Assembly (NCBI GenBank): GCA_027320085.1
Contig: DAHVLZ010000011.1
Span: 64,155 to 128,154, forward strand
Length of the DNA stretch: 64,000 nt
Source: Pseudomonadota bacterium
Lineage (GTDB): Bacteria > Pseudomonadota > Gammaproteobacteria > JAKAQQ01
Direction of reading: 5' to 3'
The stretch's first letter is position 1; each line of letters begins with the position of its first letter. Below are positions 51,378-62,021 of the stretch, piece by piece. The translations under genes were made by a program, and so were the position numbers. The notes below the pieces were generated by a model. It was not told the origin of the DNA. It did not search any database and saw only the letters and a program-made list of their open reading frames with translations.

Positions 51378-52175
51378 ATGGGATTCCTCGACGGCAAGCG
51401 GGCCCTCATCGTGGGAGTCGCGAGCGAGCGCTCCCTGGCGTGGGGCATTGCCCGGGCCATGCACCGAGAGGGTGCCGAGCTGGCCTTTTCCTACCAAGGG
51501 GAGCGGCTCGGGGAGCGGGTCCGGGAGCTGGGGGAGCGGGTCGGCTCGAAGCACATCTACCCTTGCGATGTCGCCGATGACGGGGCGATTGATGCCCTGT
51601 TCTCCAAGCTCGCAGAGGCTTGGGACGGGCTCGACATCCTGGTCCACGCCGTGGCCTATGCCCCGCGCCAGGCGCTGGAAGGCGGTTACCTGGACAGCGT
51701 CGACCGCGACAGCTTCCGGATCGCCCACGACATCAGCGCCTACAGTTTTGCCGCCTTGGGCAAACGGGCACGACCCTTGCTCCAAGGGCGTGCCGGGGCA
51801 CTCCTCACGCTGAGCTACCTGGGGGCGGTACAGGCCATTCCGAACTACAACGTCATGGGTCCTGCCAAGGCGAGTCTCGAGGCCAACGTGCGCTTCATGG
51901 CCCTGGATCTCGGACGGGAAGGACACCGCGTGAATGCGCTCTCACCCGGGCCGGTCAAGACGCTTGCGGCCAGCGGGGTCTCCGGGTTCCGCAAGATGCT
52001 GGCCGAGGTCCAGGGCCGGGCACCCCTCAAGCGCAATGTCAGCCTGGATGAAGTCGGTAATGCCGGTGCCTTCCTGTGCTCGGATCTGGCGAGCGGCATC
52101 ACCGGAACCGTGCTCTACGTCGATTGCGGCTACCACATCGTCGGCATGCCGCCCTTGGCCGACGTGGAGTCCTGA
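51378..52175 (+). CDS. fabI: Enoyl-ACP reductase
   Basis: [43 protein letters not shown]. Confidence 0.96.
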   Translation: MGFLDGKRALIVGVASERSLAWGIARAMHREGAELAFSYQGERLGERVRELGERVGSKHIYPCDVADDGAIDALFSKLAEAWDGLDILVHAVAYAPRQALEGGYLDSVDRDSFRIAHDISAYSFAALGKRARPLLQGRAGALLTLSYLGAVQAIPNYNVMGPAKASLEANVRFMALDLGREGHRVNALSPGPVKTLAASGVSGFRKMLAEVQGRAPLKRNVSLDEVGNAGAFLCSDLASGITGTVLYVDCGYHIVGMPPLADVES

Positions 52176-52555
52176 CCCCAAGTTTCTGTGTTCAACCACC
52201 CGCACCATCGGGTAATCCTCCGATTTCATCTGCCCGGATGTCGCCGTGCGAGGTCTCAGCACCGAGGCGACGCTTCGTGGACTGCTGGCTCATCTTTGCG
52301 GTCTTGCTCCCCCGGGCGGGAGCTTCGGCCTCTTCGCTTCGAGATCATCCGTCCTACTCCCGGCCTCGTCGTCCAGCCCTTCAGCCCTGCGGTCCACTAT
52401 GGCCTCTGCTGACTTCTGAGCCCGCCTCCGAAAGGCTCGCGCCTCCCGTAGCCCTCACGGGCACGGACTCGGCTTTCCCCGGCATGGCGCACCCTCTTTG
52501 TGTCGGGCGTGCAAGGACCCCCCACCTCCACGCGAGTGCACCCTGCCGGGCGCAC
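52176..52555 (-). mobile_element. 5' fragment of a group II (class C/IIC-like) intron with an RT N-terminus remnant
   Basis: Minus strand starts GTGCGCCCGGCAGGGTGCA right after a T-run. It contains AAGTCAGCAGAGGCCATAGT (52396-52415) and GAAGGGCTGGAC (52371-52382), then MVRVVEHRNL resembling the start of an intron RT. Truncated at the fabI stop. Confidence 0.8.
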
Positions 52556-52606
52556 CAAAAACGGGAGTTGATATACGGCCCCCTCCCAAGAGCGGGACGG
52601 TGTCCC

Positions 52607-53545
52607 TCAACGAGGGGTTCCATGAGTTTTCTCCGGGGGCGTCCCCTCTTCCAGCTGCCGGAGCACATAAGCTGTGGCCTGGGCAATCCCCGGTACCGGC
52701 CGGTCCCCGTAGGCCAGGAGCACGGCCAGGGGCCGATGGCCCTTCAGGGGATAGAGCACCCAGCGCGGCATCCGGCCGGTGAATACCATATCCGATGCGA
52801 AATGCATTGGCACACACGGCATGTACCGCCGGCTGCGCCCCTGATAGATGCGCGTGACCGGAAGATCACGCCAGTAGATGACATGCGCTACCAGGATAAT
52901 ACGGAAACCGGTGGGATGCCCGCCGAGTACGAGCGGCGCAAAACGCCAGCGGCGCAGCGAGCGCAGGTAGTGACGCTTTGTCCGGAGCCACCACCGGTGA
53001 ACATCCATCATTCCCCCGGGTAACGGGGGATGCAGCAAGAACCTGGCCGAAACCACCCGTCCCGCCCGGTTGACCCGGCCTTCCAACCATATCATGCCGA
53101 TCATGCCGCCAGTCGTGCAATCATAGTGGGTCTGGACAATGGTGAGCCCGGTGGCAGGCAACCCCCCTGCTCCGGGAATCGGGACCCCCACCCAAAGACC
53201 CCGCGACACCGCACCCCCTCCCGCCCCCCTCACTATGGACGGGAGTCTCTGGGACAAGGCCCGCGGACGGAGACGCACAACAGATCCGACCCGCGCCAGG
53301 AGTCCGGGCGCGGGCCGGATCACCGGCGGCAGCGGCGGGGCCTGCGGCGGATGAAAGACCGGCTCGGGCAGATGCCGCACGACGGCTGGAAGCGGCAGAG
53401 GGGGATGGGCCAGCCACTGGACCGGACTCGTCCGGTGGTGATGGGAAGATATCCGTGCCCGGAAGGAGGGCAATCCTCCCAGCCAGAGACCCGCCAGGGC
53501 CAGGAGGATCCCTTCCGCCAGAAGGGCCCCCAGCATGCACACCAC
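52607..53545 (-). CDS. TonB-like membrane-anchored protein with C-terminal extension (possible 5' frameshift)
   Basis: TM anchor (LLAEGILLALAGLW), Pro-rich linker, TonB_C-like segment GMIWLEGRVNRAGRVVSAR…LRRWRFAPLVLGGHP. The true start may be ATG 53603 across a G5 run. Confidence 0.6.
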   Translation of the reverse strand: MVCMLGALLAEGILLALAGLWLGGLPSFRARISSHHHRTSPVQWLAHPPLPLPAVVRHLPEPVFHPPQAPPLPPVIRPAPGLLARVGSVVRLRPRALSQRLPSIVRGAGGGAVSRGLWVGVPIPGAGGLPATGLTIVQTHYDCTTGGMIGMIWLEGRVNRAGRVVSARFLLHPPLPGGMMDVHRWWLRTKRHYLRSLRRWRFAPLVLGGHPTGFRIILVAHVIYWRDLPVTRIYQGRSRRYMPCVPMHFASDMVFTGRMPRWVLYPLKGHRPLAVLLAYGDRPVPGIAQATAYVLRQLEEGTPPEKTHGTPR

Positions 53546-53669
53546 ACGGGCCCGGAAACGGGATCTTCCCCCGCAGCTCAGTCAGACTGCGGAGCATCCC
53601 CATCCCGACACGACCTCCTACACTCCCGGGACCATCTCCGGCAGCTCCATCGAATGCCCTCCGACCCTA

Positions 53670-54549
53670 TCAATCGGGACCACAGGAAAGTGCGGCCTCC
53701 GGGTCTGTGTCGCACAAAAAGTTGTTGAAAATAATATTTTCGATAATCCCATTGATTGTGTTCTGCAAGGCATCTGCCGCCCCTTGTTCACAGGTGTTCG
53801 AACAGGGCACGACCCCGATGGGATGCGGCTCATCCAGGATGAGCAGGGGCTTGATGCACGAGGGAGAGACCAGGGGAGGTGAGAAATCATAGGAGGAAGC
53901 CCCCAGGGAGTCGAAGGTCGGAACCGCGACCGTGTCACCGCTGTCATCGATCGGCACTCCGTCCGAGGCATGCCCGCTTCCCGACACGAAACCATAACTT
54001 AGTGGACTCGACCCCGCCACGATGTACTCCGCATCGGACCCGTCCGGGAAAACCCCCAAGACCATGGTTCCCACCGGGGGAGGATCGGATTGGGTTTCGC
54101 TGGCCAGCCAGGACTCGATCGTCGGCGCCTGGGTTGACCCCGTGAAGGTGCTGGCCACGCTCGAGGGGATCTCGACCCCCAGCGGTGGGAATACTTCCGC
54201 ATAGTCCTGCTGCAACTCGGAGATTGAACTGGGATCAGTCCATTCATAGTTCCAACTGCAGGGTGCGCCATCGGCCGTCGAGAGGCATGCACCGCTCAGC
54301 CCGATGAAGGCAGCCATGTCGCTTTGGGGATTGTAGACGTTGAACAGCGCTTCCACATGGGGCGTGCCGGTACTGTTCACGTAGTAGGCGCCGGACGGGA
54401 TGTCGCCCTGCGCGTAATCCTGAAAAGCAGCCACCGTGGTGCAGCTGGTGCACTCGGCCATGACCAGATTACGCGGCGCGGCCCGGACCGGTGTGGCCGC
54501 GAGGGTCAGACCAAGGATGGGGACCAGAGAGAATCACGTGCTTTTTCAT
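53670..54549 (-). pseudogene. Acidic Cys-rich exported protein with a frameshift in the signal peptide
   Basis: GGAGG RBS and ATG 54549 (MKKHVILS) are out of frame with LVPILGLTLAATPVRA-APRNLVMAECTSCTT…; the shift falls in a CT repeat at 54526-54532. The downstream 263-aa ORF is intact. Confidence 0.7.
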
Positions 54550-54623
54550 GTCTTTCCTCCTGTTGGATCCGCTGACAGGCCTATGCTCATAGCCTGGGGC
54601 ACCCGTCTCGAGGCCTTGCCGAA

Positions 54624-54653
54624 CCCTAATCCCCCCTTGCGAGATTTGTCAAG
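54624..54653 (-). promoter_or_regulatory. Putative sigma70 promoter, shared with 11868-11898
   Basis: Minus strand TTGACA-18 bp-TAGGGT. The 14-mer is identical to 11885-11898. Confidence 0.55.
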
Positions 54654-54904
54654 CGACGGAGGATCCGGTTGGAGGAAGGAGCCCGTCCACGACCGGTCCA
54701 CTCCTGCCCGCCCAGCCGCTACCGCTCATCACCGTCACGGAAAACTCGAAGTGCCAGCGATCCCCCCGTAGTCCCAATGGGGCGAGATCTTCTGGGTTGC
54801 AGCACCAGAAAATCAATCACTCACGCCATTCAATACCGCCCGGTAGCGAAAGACACCAGCCAACCCGACAGGCCCCCCCGACGGTGAGCCCATCCTTGCC
54901 GGGC

Positions 54905-56836
54905 TCAGAGCGTGCTCTGGCCTTTCTGGAGTTCCTTGGGATTGACGCGGACGTGTCCGACCCGTTCGAGCTCGTTCAGGAAGAGCTGCATCTCGAAACC
55001 GGACTCCGCGCCTTCTTCGCTTTTCGTCCACGGCGCGAGACCCGGGCCGTCCAGAACCTTCCGGCCGGGGATTCGCACGGGGCCGGCCCCGACCACCGCC
55101 ACGTCCCCTCCTCCCATGGAAAGGACATGGACCGTCCACAGCCCGGATGAGGGATTGGGCAGGCGGAACACAGAGGGGGCCAGTGCCGACGGGAAACCGG
55201 CGGGTGGGGGTGAGTTCCGGACCAGTCTCACGGGACCCCGGACCTGTTCCCCGGCCACGTGGGTCAGGGTCGGTTCGTGCGCAAGGAGGCGGGCGGCCGC
55301 CTGCGCAGCCTGATGAGCAATCCGGTGGGCCGCTTGGGCCACAAGCTCCCGTTCAATGATTGGACGGACTTGGGAGAAGGGTTTCGGTCGGGCTGGAATC
55401 CGCCGGATGACGCGCAATACGAGGGCCCGGTTCCCTGGCAGGCGGACCGGGGCACTGTTCAGGCCCCCCCGGAGCACGCTCGGAGTGAAGATGGCACGGG
55501 TCACCGCGGGTTCGGCAGCCAGTCCCTTGCCTCCGGTCGGCGTGATATCGGCCATCTTCCGGATCGGAAGACCGAGGGTCCGGCTCACGATCGCGAGCGA
55601 GCTATCGTTCTCGAAAGCCAGGTTGCCCATCTCATGGACGAGATGGTGGTAGAGCTGGATCTCTGCCCGCTTCCGGTAATGCTGGACGAGCTGGGTCCGG
55701 GCCGCCTTGAAGGACAGGCGCCGGCCGGCGCGGATCCCGCGCAGCTTGACGATCTCGTAACCGAAGGGGGTGGTGAGCGGACCATGCACGGCACCCATCT
55801 TCATGTGGTGGAGCGCGCGTGCCATCGAGGAGGGGACTTCCTTGGCGGTGATCCAGCCGAGAGCCCCGCCCTGCGCGGCGGTCCCCGGATCCTCGGAGTC
55901 TTTGCGGGCCAATGCGGAAAACCGGGCACCATGCGCAAGTGCCGCAAGGAGCCCCAAGGTTCGCTGGCGGGCCGCTTTCCGGGACGCCGGGGTCGAACCG
56001 GAACGGATCAGGATCATGGACACCTTCCACTGGGGGGGTGTCGTGTACCGGGACTCCCGTTCCGCATACAGGGTGAGCAGGTCGTTCAGGGTCGGGTGGA
56101 TGCGGCCGGCCAGATCGCGGGCCGCAAGGAGGACATAGGCGACCGTCACTTCTTCGGGGTTTTCGAAGCGGGACTTTTCGCGACGCCAGGCCGCCTGAAG
56201 CATGGCCGGGGTGACCGCGGTCCGGGCCTGTGCCATAAAGCGGCTCGTGGGAATCTCGATCCAGCGCACCGGGCGCGACTCGTGGGCATAGCGGTAGCGG
56301 TTCCGAACGGAACTCGGTGGCAGGAAGGCGGTGCCGGCGATGCCTGCTTCGAGTCGGGTCAGGAGGAGTGACTCCCGGACCTGACTCTCGAAGGCAGCCG
56401 GGGTGAGGTTCTGCTCGTGCAGGTAGTCCTCGTAGAGACCCATCGAAAAATGGTGGTTCTCGCGGAATGCCGGAATCGTCCGGATGGCACGGGCAATATC
56501 CCGGCGGTTGACCCGGATACCGTCGTGCCGGGCCTGGGCGAGGAGCAGGGTTTTCTGGACCAGGGCTTCGAGGGCCTGCTGCCGGATCAGGTTGATCTCG
56601 CCTGCACTGGGCGTGAAACGGGATCCCATGATTTCGGTCAGGCGGGCGTACTGGGACTGGAAGGCCTCCTCTAGCTGGCCGGAACCGATCGTGATGCCAT
56701 CGACCTTGGCCACGTAGTTCCCGCCAATGAGGCTCGGATAATCCTGGACACCCCAGAAAATGAAGGGGATGCCCACGACCACGAGAATGACCCAGAGAAC
56801 CCACTTGCTCGCACGTTCACGCAATGAATCCAGCAT
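54905..56836 (-). CDS. ppiD: Periplasmic chaperone/PPIase PpiD
   Basis: MLDSLRE…IPFIFWGV anchor, SurA-N-like region, parvulin FSALARKDSEDPGTAAQGGALGW…TPFGYEIVKL; lon-hupB-tRNA-ppiD synteny. Confidence 0.9.
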   Translation of the reverse strand: MLDSLRERASKWVLWVILVVVGIPFIFWGVQDYPSLIGGNYVAKVDGITIGSGQLEEAFQSQYARLTEIMGSRFTPSAGEINLIRQQALEALVQKTLLLAQARHDGIRVNRRDIARAIRTIPAFRENHHFSMGLYEDYLHEQNLTPAAFESQVRESLLLTRLEAGIAGTAFLPPSSVRNRYRYAHESRPVRWIEIPTSRFMAQARTAVTPAMLQAAWRREKSRFENPEEVTVAYVLLAARDLAGRIHPTLNDLLTLYAERESRYTTPPQWKVSMILIRSGSTPASRKAARQRTLGLLAALAHGARFSALARKDSEDPGTAAQGGALGWITAKEVPSSMARALHHMKMGAVHGPLTTPFGYEIVKLRGIRAGRRLSFKAARTQLVQHYRKRAEIQLYHHLVHEMGNLAFENDSSLAIVSRTLGLPIRKMADITPTGGKGLAAEPAVTRAIFTPSVLRGGLNSAPVRLPGNRALVLRVIRRIPARPKPFSQVRPIIERELVAQAAHRIAHQAAQAAARLLAHEPTLTHVAGEQVRGPVRLVRNSPPPAGFPSALAPSVFRLPNPSSGLWTVHVLSMGGGDVAVVGAGPVRIPGRKVLDGPGLAPWTKSEEGAESGFEMQLFLNELERVGHVRVNPKELQKGQSTL

Positions 56837-56903
56837 GACTCAGATCCCGGATGAATTTTTAGAACGAACCCAGAACGACGACCGTCTGCCGCAGGACGGC
56901 CAA

Positions 56904-56980
56904 TGGCGGAGTGGACGGGACTCGAACCCGCGACCCCCGGCGTGACAAGCCGGTATTCTAACCAGCTGAACTACCACTCC
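56904..56980 (-). tRNA. tRNA-Asp (GTC)
   Basis: GGAGTGGTAGTTCAGCTGGTTAGAATACCGGCTTGTCACGCCGG…GTTCGAGTC…CCA. Confidence 0.96.
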
Positions 56981-56988
56981 GCCCCGAC

Positions 56989-57065
56989 TGGTGGGTGCTG
57001 AGGGAATCGAACCCCCGACTTTCGCCGTGTAAAGGCGACGCTCTACCGGTCTGAGCTAAGCACCC
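56989..57065 (-). tRNA. tRNA-Val (TAC)
   Basis: GGGTGCTTAGCTCAG…TCGCCTTTACACGGCGA…GTTCGATTC…CCA. Confidence 0.96.
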
Positions 57066-57078
57066 TCAGGTCAGCCTA

Positions 57079-57351
57079 TCAGTTTAATGCATCCTTCATG
57101 GGTTTGCTCGGCTTGAAGCCGAGCGAACGGCTGGCCGGAATACTGATCGTGGCTCCCGTCTTGGGATTGCGCCCGGTACGCGCCTTTCGGTTCTTCACGT
57201 GGAAGGAGCCGAAACCGACCAGGGTGACCGTATCACCCTGGCACAGGGCATCGGTCAGACTCTCGATGACCGCATCCAGCACGCGGGTGCATTCGGCCTT
57301 CGAGACTCCAGTACGACTGGCTACCGCATCTATGAGTTCTGATTTATTCAT
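57079..57351 (-). CDS. hupB: DNA-binding protein HU
   Basis: MNKSELID, LVGFGSF, RTGRNPKTG. Confidence 0.94.
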   Translation of the reverse strand: MNKSELIDAVASRTGVSKAECTRVLDAVIESLTDALCQGDTVTLVGFGSFHVKNRKARTGRNPKTGATISIPASRSLGFKPSKPMKDALN

Positions 57352-57488
57352 GGGGATGACTTCCTCTCGTCGTGGGGGGACAACCTGGACCGGTCTTGAA
57401 TCCAGCTCGTCCGTCGGTGACCCGGTTCGGTTCCCAGGCCGTTTCTAGTTTTATACTTGCCCCGCTGGATGCTGTCAAATCGACCGCA

Positions 57489-59948
57489 CTAATGCGCTCT
57501 CGGCGACTCCACCGTTTCGGTCGAGGGCGGTGCAGGTTCCGCCAGGAGCCCGGAGGAAGGCTCCCCCGGTTCGTGGAGCGGAGCCGGCATCTCGGTCAGG
57601 GCCATGGCCCAGACCTGATCGATCCAGTTGACCGGACGGATCTCAAGCCCTCCCTTGATCGTCTCCGGGATCTCGGCGAGATCCTTGACGTTCTCCTCGG
57701 GGATGAGCACCGTGGTGATCCCCCCGCGGTGGGCCGCCAGGAGTTTTTCCTTGAGCCCCCCGATGGGCAAGACCTCTCCCCGCAGGGTGATTTCGCCGGT
57801 CATGGCCACCCCGGAGCGGACCGGAATCCGGCTCAGGGCCGAAACCAGTGCGGTGCACATGGCCACCCCGGCACTGGGTCCATCTTTCGGCGTTGCCCCT
57901 TCCGGGACATGGATATGGAAATCCTGTTTCTGGTAGAAGCTGGGCTCAATGCCCAGGCGTTCCGCCCGGCTGCGGACCACCGTGAGCGCCGCCTGGATCG
58001 ATTCCTGCATGACCTCGCCCAGGTGCCCGGTCTGGATGAGTTTGCCCCGTCCCGGTACGATCGCCGCCTCGACCGTGAGCAGGTCCCCACCCATCTCGGT
58101 CCAGGCCAATCCCGTCACCTGCCCGACCTGGTCGCGCGTTTCGGCCCGGCCATAGCGGAAGCGGGGAACGCCCAGGTAATCGGCCAGGGTCTCCGGGGTG
58201 GGCACGACCGGATGCGGGGTCGTGGAATCGACCTGAAGTCTTTTCGCAACCTTGCGGGTAATCTTGGCAATCTCCCGCTCCAGGTTGCGGACGCCGGCCT
58301 CCTGGGTGTAACGGCGGATCATCGTCAACAGGATCCCTTCGTCGATCCCGCAATCGTCCGTCGAAAGTCCGGCATTGGCAAACTCCTTGGGCACGAGGTA
58401 GCGGCGGGCGATATTGAGCTTCTCTTCTTCGGTATAGCCCGGCAGGCGGATCACCTCGAGGCGGTCGAGGAGGGCTGGCGGAATGTTGAGCGTGTTGGCC
58501 GTAGCGACAAAGAGCACGTGAGAAAGGTCGAAATCGACCTCGAGGTAGTGATCGTTGAAGGTGTGGTTCTGCTCGGGATCCAGGACTTCGAGCAGGGCGG
58601 CAGATGGATCACCGCGAAAGTCGACCGACATCTTGTCGATCTCGTCGAGCAGAAACAACGGGTTCCGCACACCCACCTTGCTCAGGTTTTGCATGATCTT
58701 GCCGGGCATGGAACCGATGTAGGTCCGGCGGTGGCCCCGGATCTCCGCCTCATCCCGGACCCCCCCCAGGGACATGCGCACAAAACGCCGGCCGGTGGCC
58801 CGGGCGATGCTTCGTCCCAACGAGGTTTTGCCGACGCCCGGAGGTCCCACGAGGCAGATGATCGGTCCCCGGAGACGGCCGTGGGAAACCCGCTGCTGGA
58901 CGGCCAGGTACTCGAGAATCCGCTCCTTGACCTTCTCCAGGCCGTAGTGGTCCTCCTCGAGGATCCGTTCGGCCGCCTGCAGGTCGCGCGAAATCCGCGT
59001 CGTCCGTTTCCACGGCAGGCCGAGCAAGGTGTCGATGTAGTTGCGCACCACGGTGGCTTCGGCCGACATCGGGGCCATCTGCCGGAGTTTCTTGAGTTCG
59101 GATTGGGCTTTCGACAGCGCCTCCTTCGACAGGCCGGTCTTCTCGATCCGCCGGTCCAGCTCGTCCAAATCGCTCATTCCCTCTTCCATCTCGCCCAGCT
59201 CGCGCTGGATCGCCTTCATCTGCTCATTGAGATAGTATTCGCGCTGTCCACGCTCCATCTGCTGCTTGACCCGGCCCCGGATCCGGCGATCGATCTGGAG
59301 CACCTCGATTTCGCCTTGCATGCACTCGAGCACCTTCTCCAGCCGTTCCTTGAAATCCAGGCATTCGAGAATCTGCTGTTTCTGTGTCGGCGGCAGCGAC
59401 ACATGGGCCATCACGGCATCGGCCAGGGGACCGGGTTCCTCGATGGCGGAAAGCGAGGTCACAACCTCCGGGGGTGTCCTGCGGCTGATCTTGACGTAAT
59501 CCTCGAACAGTCCGATCAGGGTGCGTTTGTAGACCGAAAACTCGCGTTCCTGGAACGCCTCGACCGACTTCCAGCTCGTATCCAGGGTCTCATCGATCAG
59601 CGTGGCCCGGGCGGCGAGGAAGGGCTCGGTGGTCCAGGAACGCACGTGGGCCCGCTGGCGGCCCTCGACCAGAACCTTGACCGTGTTGTCCGGCAGCTTG
59701 AGGAGCTGGAGAAGGACCGCGACCGTTCCGACCTCGTAAAGTCCCTCCGGGTCCGGGTTTTCCTCTTCCGCGGCCCGCTGGGCCACGAGGAGGATCCGCT
59801 TGTCCCCCTGGAGCGCGTGATCCAGGGCCAGGATCGACTTTTCCCGGCCGACGAAGAGCGAGGTGACCATATGCGGAAACACCACCACGTCCCGCAACGG
59901 CAAAACCGGGAAATCTTCGGTGGACGCGGTCAGGATCGTTTCATTCAT
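57489..59948 (-). CDS. lon: ATP-dependent protease La
   Basis: [27 protein letters not shown] (Ser), IGGLKEK (Lys). Confidence 0.98.
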   Translation of the reverse strand: MNETILTASTEDFPVLPLRDVVVFPHMVTSLFVGREKSILALDHALQGDKRILLVAQRAAEEENPDPEGLYEVGTVAVLLQLLKLPDNTVKVLVEGRQRAHVRSWTTEPFLAARATLIDETLDTSWKSVEAFQEREFSVYKRTLIGLFEDYVKISRRTPPEVVTSLSAIEEPGPLADAVMAHVSLPPTQKQQILECLDFKERLEKVLECMQGEIEVLQIDRRIRGRVKQQMERGQREYYLNEQMKAIQRELGEMEEGMSDLDELDRRIEKTGLSKEALSKAQSELKKLRQMAPMSAEATVVRNYIDTLLGLPWKRTTRISRDLQAAERILEEDHYGLEKVKERILEYLAVQQRVSHGRLRGPIICLVGPPGVGKTSLGRSIARATGRRFVRMSLGGVRDEAEIRGHRRTYIGSMPGKIMQNLSKVGVRNPLFLLDEIDKMSVDFRGDPSAALLEVLDPEQNHTFNDHYLEVDFDLSHVLFVATANTLNIPPALLDRLEVIRLPGYTEEEKLNIARRYLVPKEFANAGLSTDDCGIDEGILLTMIRRYTQEAGVRNLEREIAKITRKVAKRLQVDSTTPHPVVPTPETLADYLGVPRFRYGRAETRDQVGQVTGLAWTEMGGDLLTVEAAIVPGRGKLIQTGHLGEVMQESIQAALTVVRSRAERLGIEPSFYQKQDFHIHVPEGATPKDGPSAGVAMCTALVSALSRIPVRSGVAMTGEITLRGEVLPIGGLKEKLLAAHRGGITTVLIPEENVKDLAEIPETIKGGLEIRPVNWIDQVWAMALTEMPAPLHEPGEPSSGLLAEPAPPSTETVESPRAH

Positions 59949-60010
59949 TCATTCACCCGGCGCCTCCCCGCGGGAAGGCATCATCATGGCACAAGGCCCC
60001 TTTCTGGATC

Positions 60011-60037
60011 ATGGGGATCGCGGTTGGGGATTTCAAG
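60011..60037 (-). promoter_or_regulatory. sigma32 (RpoH) heat-shock promoter of lon
   Basis: Minus strand CTTGAAA-14 bp-CCCCAT, matching the RpoH consensus. Confidence 0.8.
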
Positions 60038-60044
60038 CCGTCGG

Positions 60045-61322
60045 TCAGCCTTCGTCTGATGCGGCCTTGCGTTCCCGTCCGTAAATCACGTAGGGACGGG
60101 ACTGGCCGGCCACCACGGATTCATCCACCACCACCTTGTTCGCCCCCTTGAGGCTGGGCAGATCGTACATCACGTCCAGGAGGAGTTGCTCCAGGATCGT
60201 CCGGAGTCCGCGGGCACCCGTCTTGCGCTGGATGGCCTTGTGCACGACCGCCCGCAGTCCCGAATCACGGAACTCGAGTTCGGCGCCCTCCATCTCGAAC
60301 AGCTTTTGAAACTGCTTGACAATGGCATTCTTGGGCTCGGTGGTGATGCGGATCAGCGCCTGCTCGTCCAGTTCGTCAAGAACCGCCACCACGGGCAGCC
60401 GGCCCACAAACTCCGGGATCAGTCCGTAGCGGATCAGGTCTTCGGGTTCGGTATTGGATAAAAGCTGGCTGAGCCCGGTCTGCGCGGAGGGGAGATGGGG
60501 GAGTTCGGCCGTAAAGCCGATCCCGCCGCGCTGGACCCGTTTCTCCACGATTTTCTCAAGCCCGGAAAAAGCGCCCCCGCAGATGAAGAGGATGTTCCGG
60601 GTATCCACCTGCAGGAATTCCTGCTGCGGGTGCTTGCGCCCCCCCTGGGGAGGAACCGAGGCCACGGTGCCTTCGATCAACTTGAGCAGCGCCTGCTGCA
60701 CCCCTTCCCCGGAAACATCGCGGGTGATGGAGGGATTCTCCGATTTTCTCGAAATCTTGTCGATCTCATCGATGTAGACGATCCCCGTCTGTGCCCGCTC
60801 GATGTCATAGTCGCACTTCTGGAGCAGCTTCTGGATGATGTTCTCGACATCTTCCCCGACGTAACCGGCCTCGGTCAGCGTGGTCGCATCGGCAATGGTG
60901 AAGGGGACGTGCAGCAGGCGGGCCAGGGTCTCCGCGAGGAGGGTCTTGCCCGACCCGGTCGGGCCCACCAAGAGGATGTTGCTTTTGGCGAGTTCCACCT
61001 CATCCCGTTGCGAACCGTGTTCCAGGCGCTTGTAGTGGTTGTAGACCGCAACCGACAGGATTTTTTTGGCGTATTCCTGTCCGATGACATACTGGTCGAG
61101 CACCGCCTTGATCTCCTGCGGTTTGGGCAGCTTCTCGCTCACCCGCTCGGACTGTTCCTGGATCTCTTCCCGGATGATGTCCTTGCACAGCTCGACGCAC
61201 TCATCACAGATGTAGACGCCGGGTCCGGCAATGAGTTTCATGACCTCATGCTGGCTCTTGCCGCAAAACGAGCAGTACAGCGGATGCCCGTCGTTTTCTT
61301 TCCGGCCGTCGGAATCGGTCAT
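60045..61322 (-). CDS. clpX: ATP-dependent Clp protease ATP-binding subunit
   Basis: CSFCGK…CDEC zinc finger, [16 protein letters not shown] loop, GARGLR. Confidence 0.98.
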   Translation of the reverse strand: MTDSDGRKENDGHPLYCSFCGKSQHEVMKLIAGPGVYICDECVELCKDIIREEIQEQSERVSEKLPKPQEIKAVLDQYVIGQEYAKKILSVAVYNHYKRLEHGSQRDEVELAKSNILLVGPTGSGKTLLAETLARLLHVPFTIADATTLTEAGYVGEDVENIIQKLLQKCDYDIERAQTGIVYIDEIDKISRKSENPSITRDVSGEGVQQALLKLIEGTVASVPPQGGRKHPQQEFLQVDTRNILFICGGAFSGLEKIVEKRVQRGGIGFTAELPHLPSAQTGLSQLLSNTEPEDLIRYGLIPEFVGRLPVVAVLDELDEQALIRITTEPKNAIVKQFQKLFEMEGAELEFRDSGLRAVVHKAIQRKTGARGLRTILEQLLLDVMYDLPSLKGANKVVVDESVVAGQSRPYVIYGRERKAASDEG

Positions 61323-61370
61323 GGGGTCGGCGCCTCCTCTTGAATGGCAGGGATCCCTTGATGGGACCCG

Positions 61371-62021
61371 TCAGGCGGGCTTGGAGTTCCGGTGCTCCAA
61401 AACCGCATCCAGTAAACCATAATCAATGGCTTCCTGCCCACCCATAAAGTTATCACGCTCCGTGTCCCGTGCAACCTGCTCGATCGACTTGCCGGTGTGG
61501 AAGGCCAGGATTTCATTCAATTTCTGGCGTAAAAACAAAAACTCACGGGCATGGATGTCGATATCCGACACCTGGCCCTGGAAGCCTCCCCAGGGCTGGT
61601 GAATCATGACGCGCGAGTGGGGCAGGCAGAAGCGCTTGCCCCGGGCCCCTCCCGCCAAAAGGACGGCACCCATGCTCGCGGCCTGCCCGATGCAGATGGT
61701 GCTCACATCCGGCTTGATGAACTGCATGGTGTCGTAAATGGCGAGTCCGGCCGTGACGGATCCCCCGGGCGAGTTGATATAGAGGCTGATGTCCTTGTCA
61801 GCATTCTCGGACTCGAGAAAGAGCAGTTGGGCCACCACCAGGTTGGCCACCTGGTCCTCGACGGGTCCCACGATGAACACCACCCGTTCCTTGAGCAGGC
61901 GGGAATAGATGTCATAGGCCCGTTCACCCCGAGCCGTCTGTTCGATCACCATCGGGACCAGGTTGAGGTCGAGGGCCGCACCGGGCCCGTAGGTGGCGGA
62001 GGCAGGAGTGGGTCGTGTCAT
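61371..62021 (-). CDS. clpP: ATP-dependent Clp protease proteolytic subunit
   Basis: [32 protein letters not shown]. Confidence 0.98.
   Translation of the reverse strand: MTRPTPASATYGPGAALDLNLVPMVIEQTARGERAYDIYSRLLKERVVFIVGPVEDQVANLVVAQLLFLESENADKDISLYINSPGGSVTAGLAIYDTMQFIKPDVSTICIGQAASMGAVLLAGGARGKRFCLPHSRVMIHQPWGGFQGQVSDIDIHAREFLFLRQKLNEILAFHTGKSIEQVARDTERDNFMGGQEAIDYGLLDAVLEHRNSKPA

Noticed and set aside
52076-53023. 315-aa plus-strand ORF after fabI
   Set aside because: It spans the intron remnant and the antisense of the TonB-like gene; composition is not protein-like.
56836-57065. tRNA-anchored integrative element
   Set aside because: No integrase or duplicated tRNA 3' end is seen near tRNA-Asp, -Val or -Leu.
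57372-60059. 895-aa plus-strand ORF
   Set aside because: Antisense shadow of lon.
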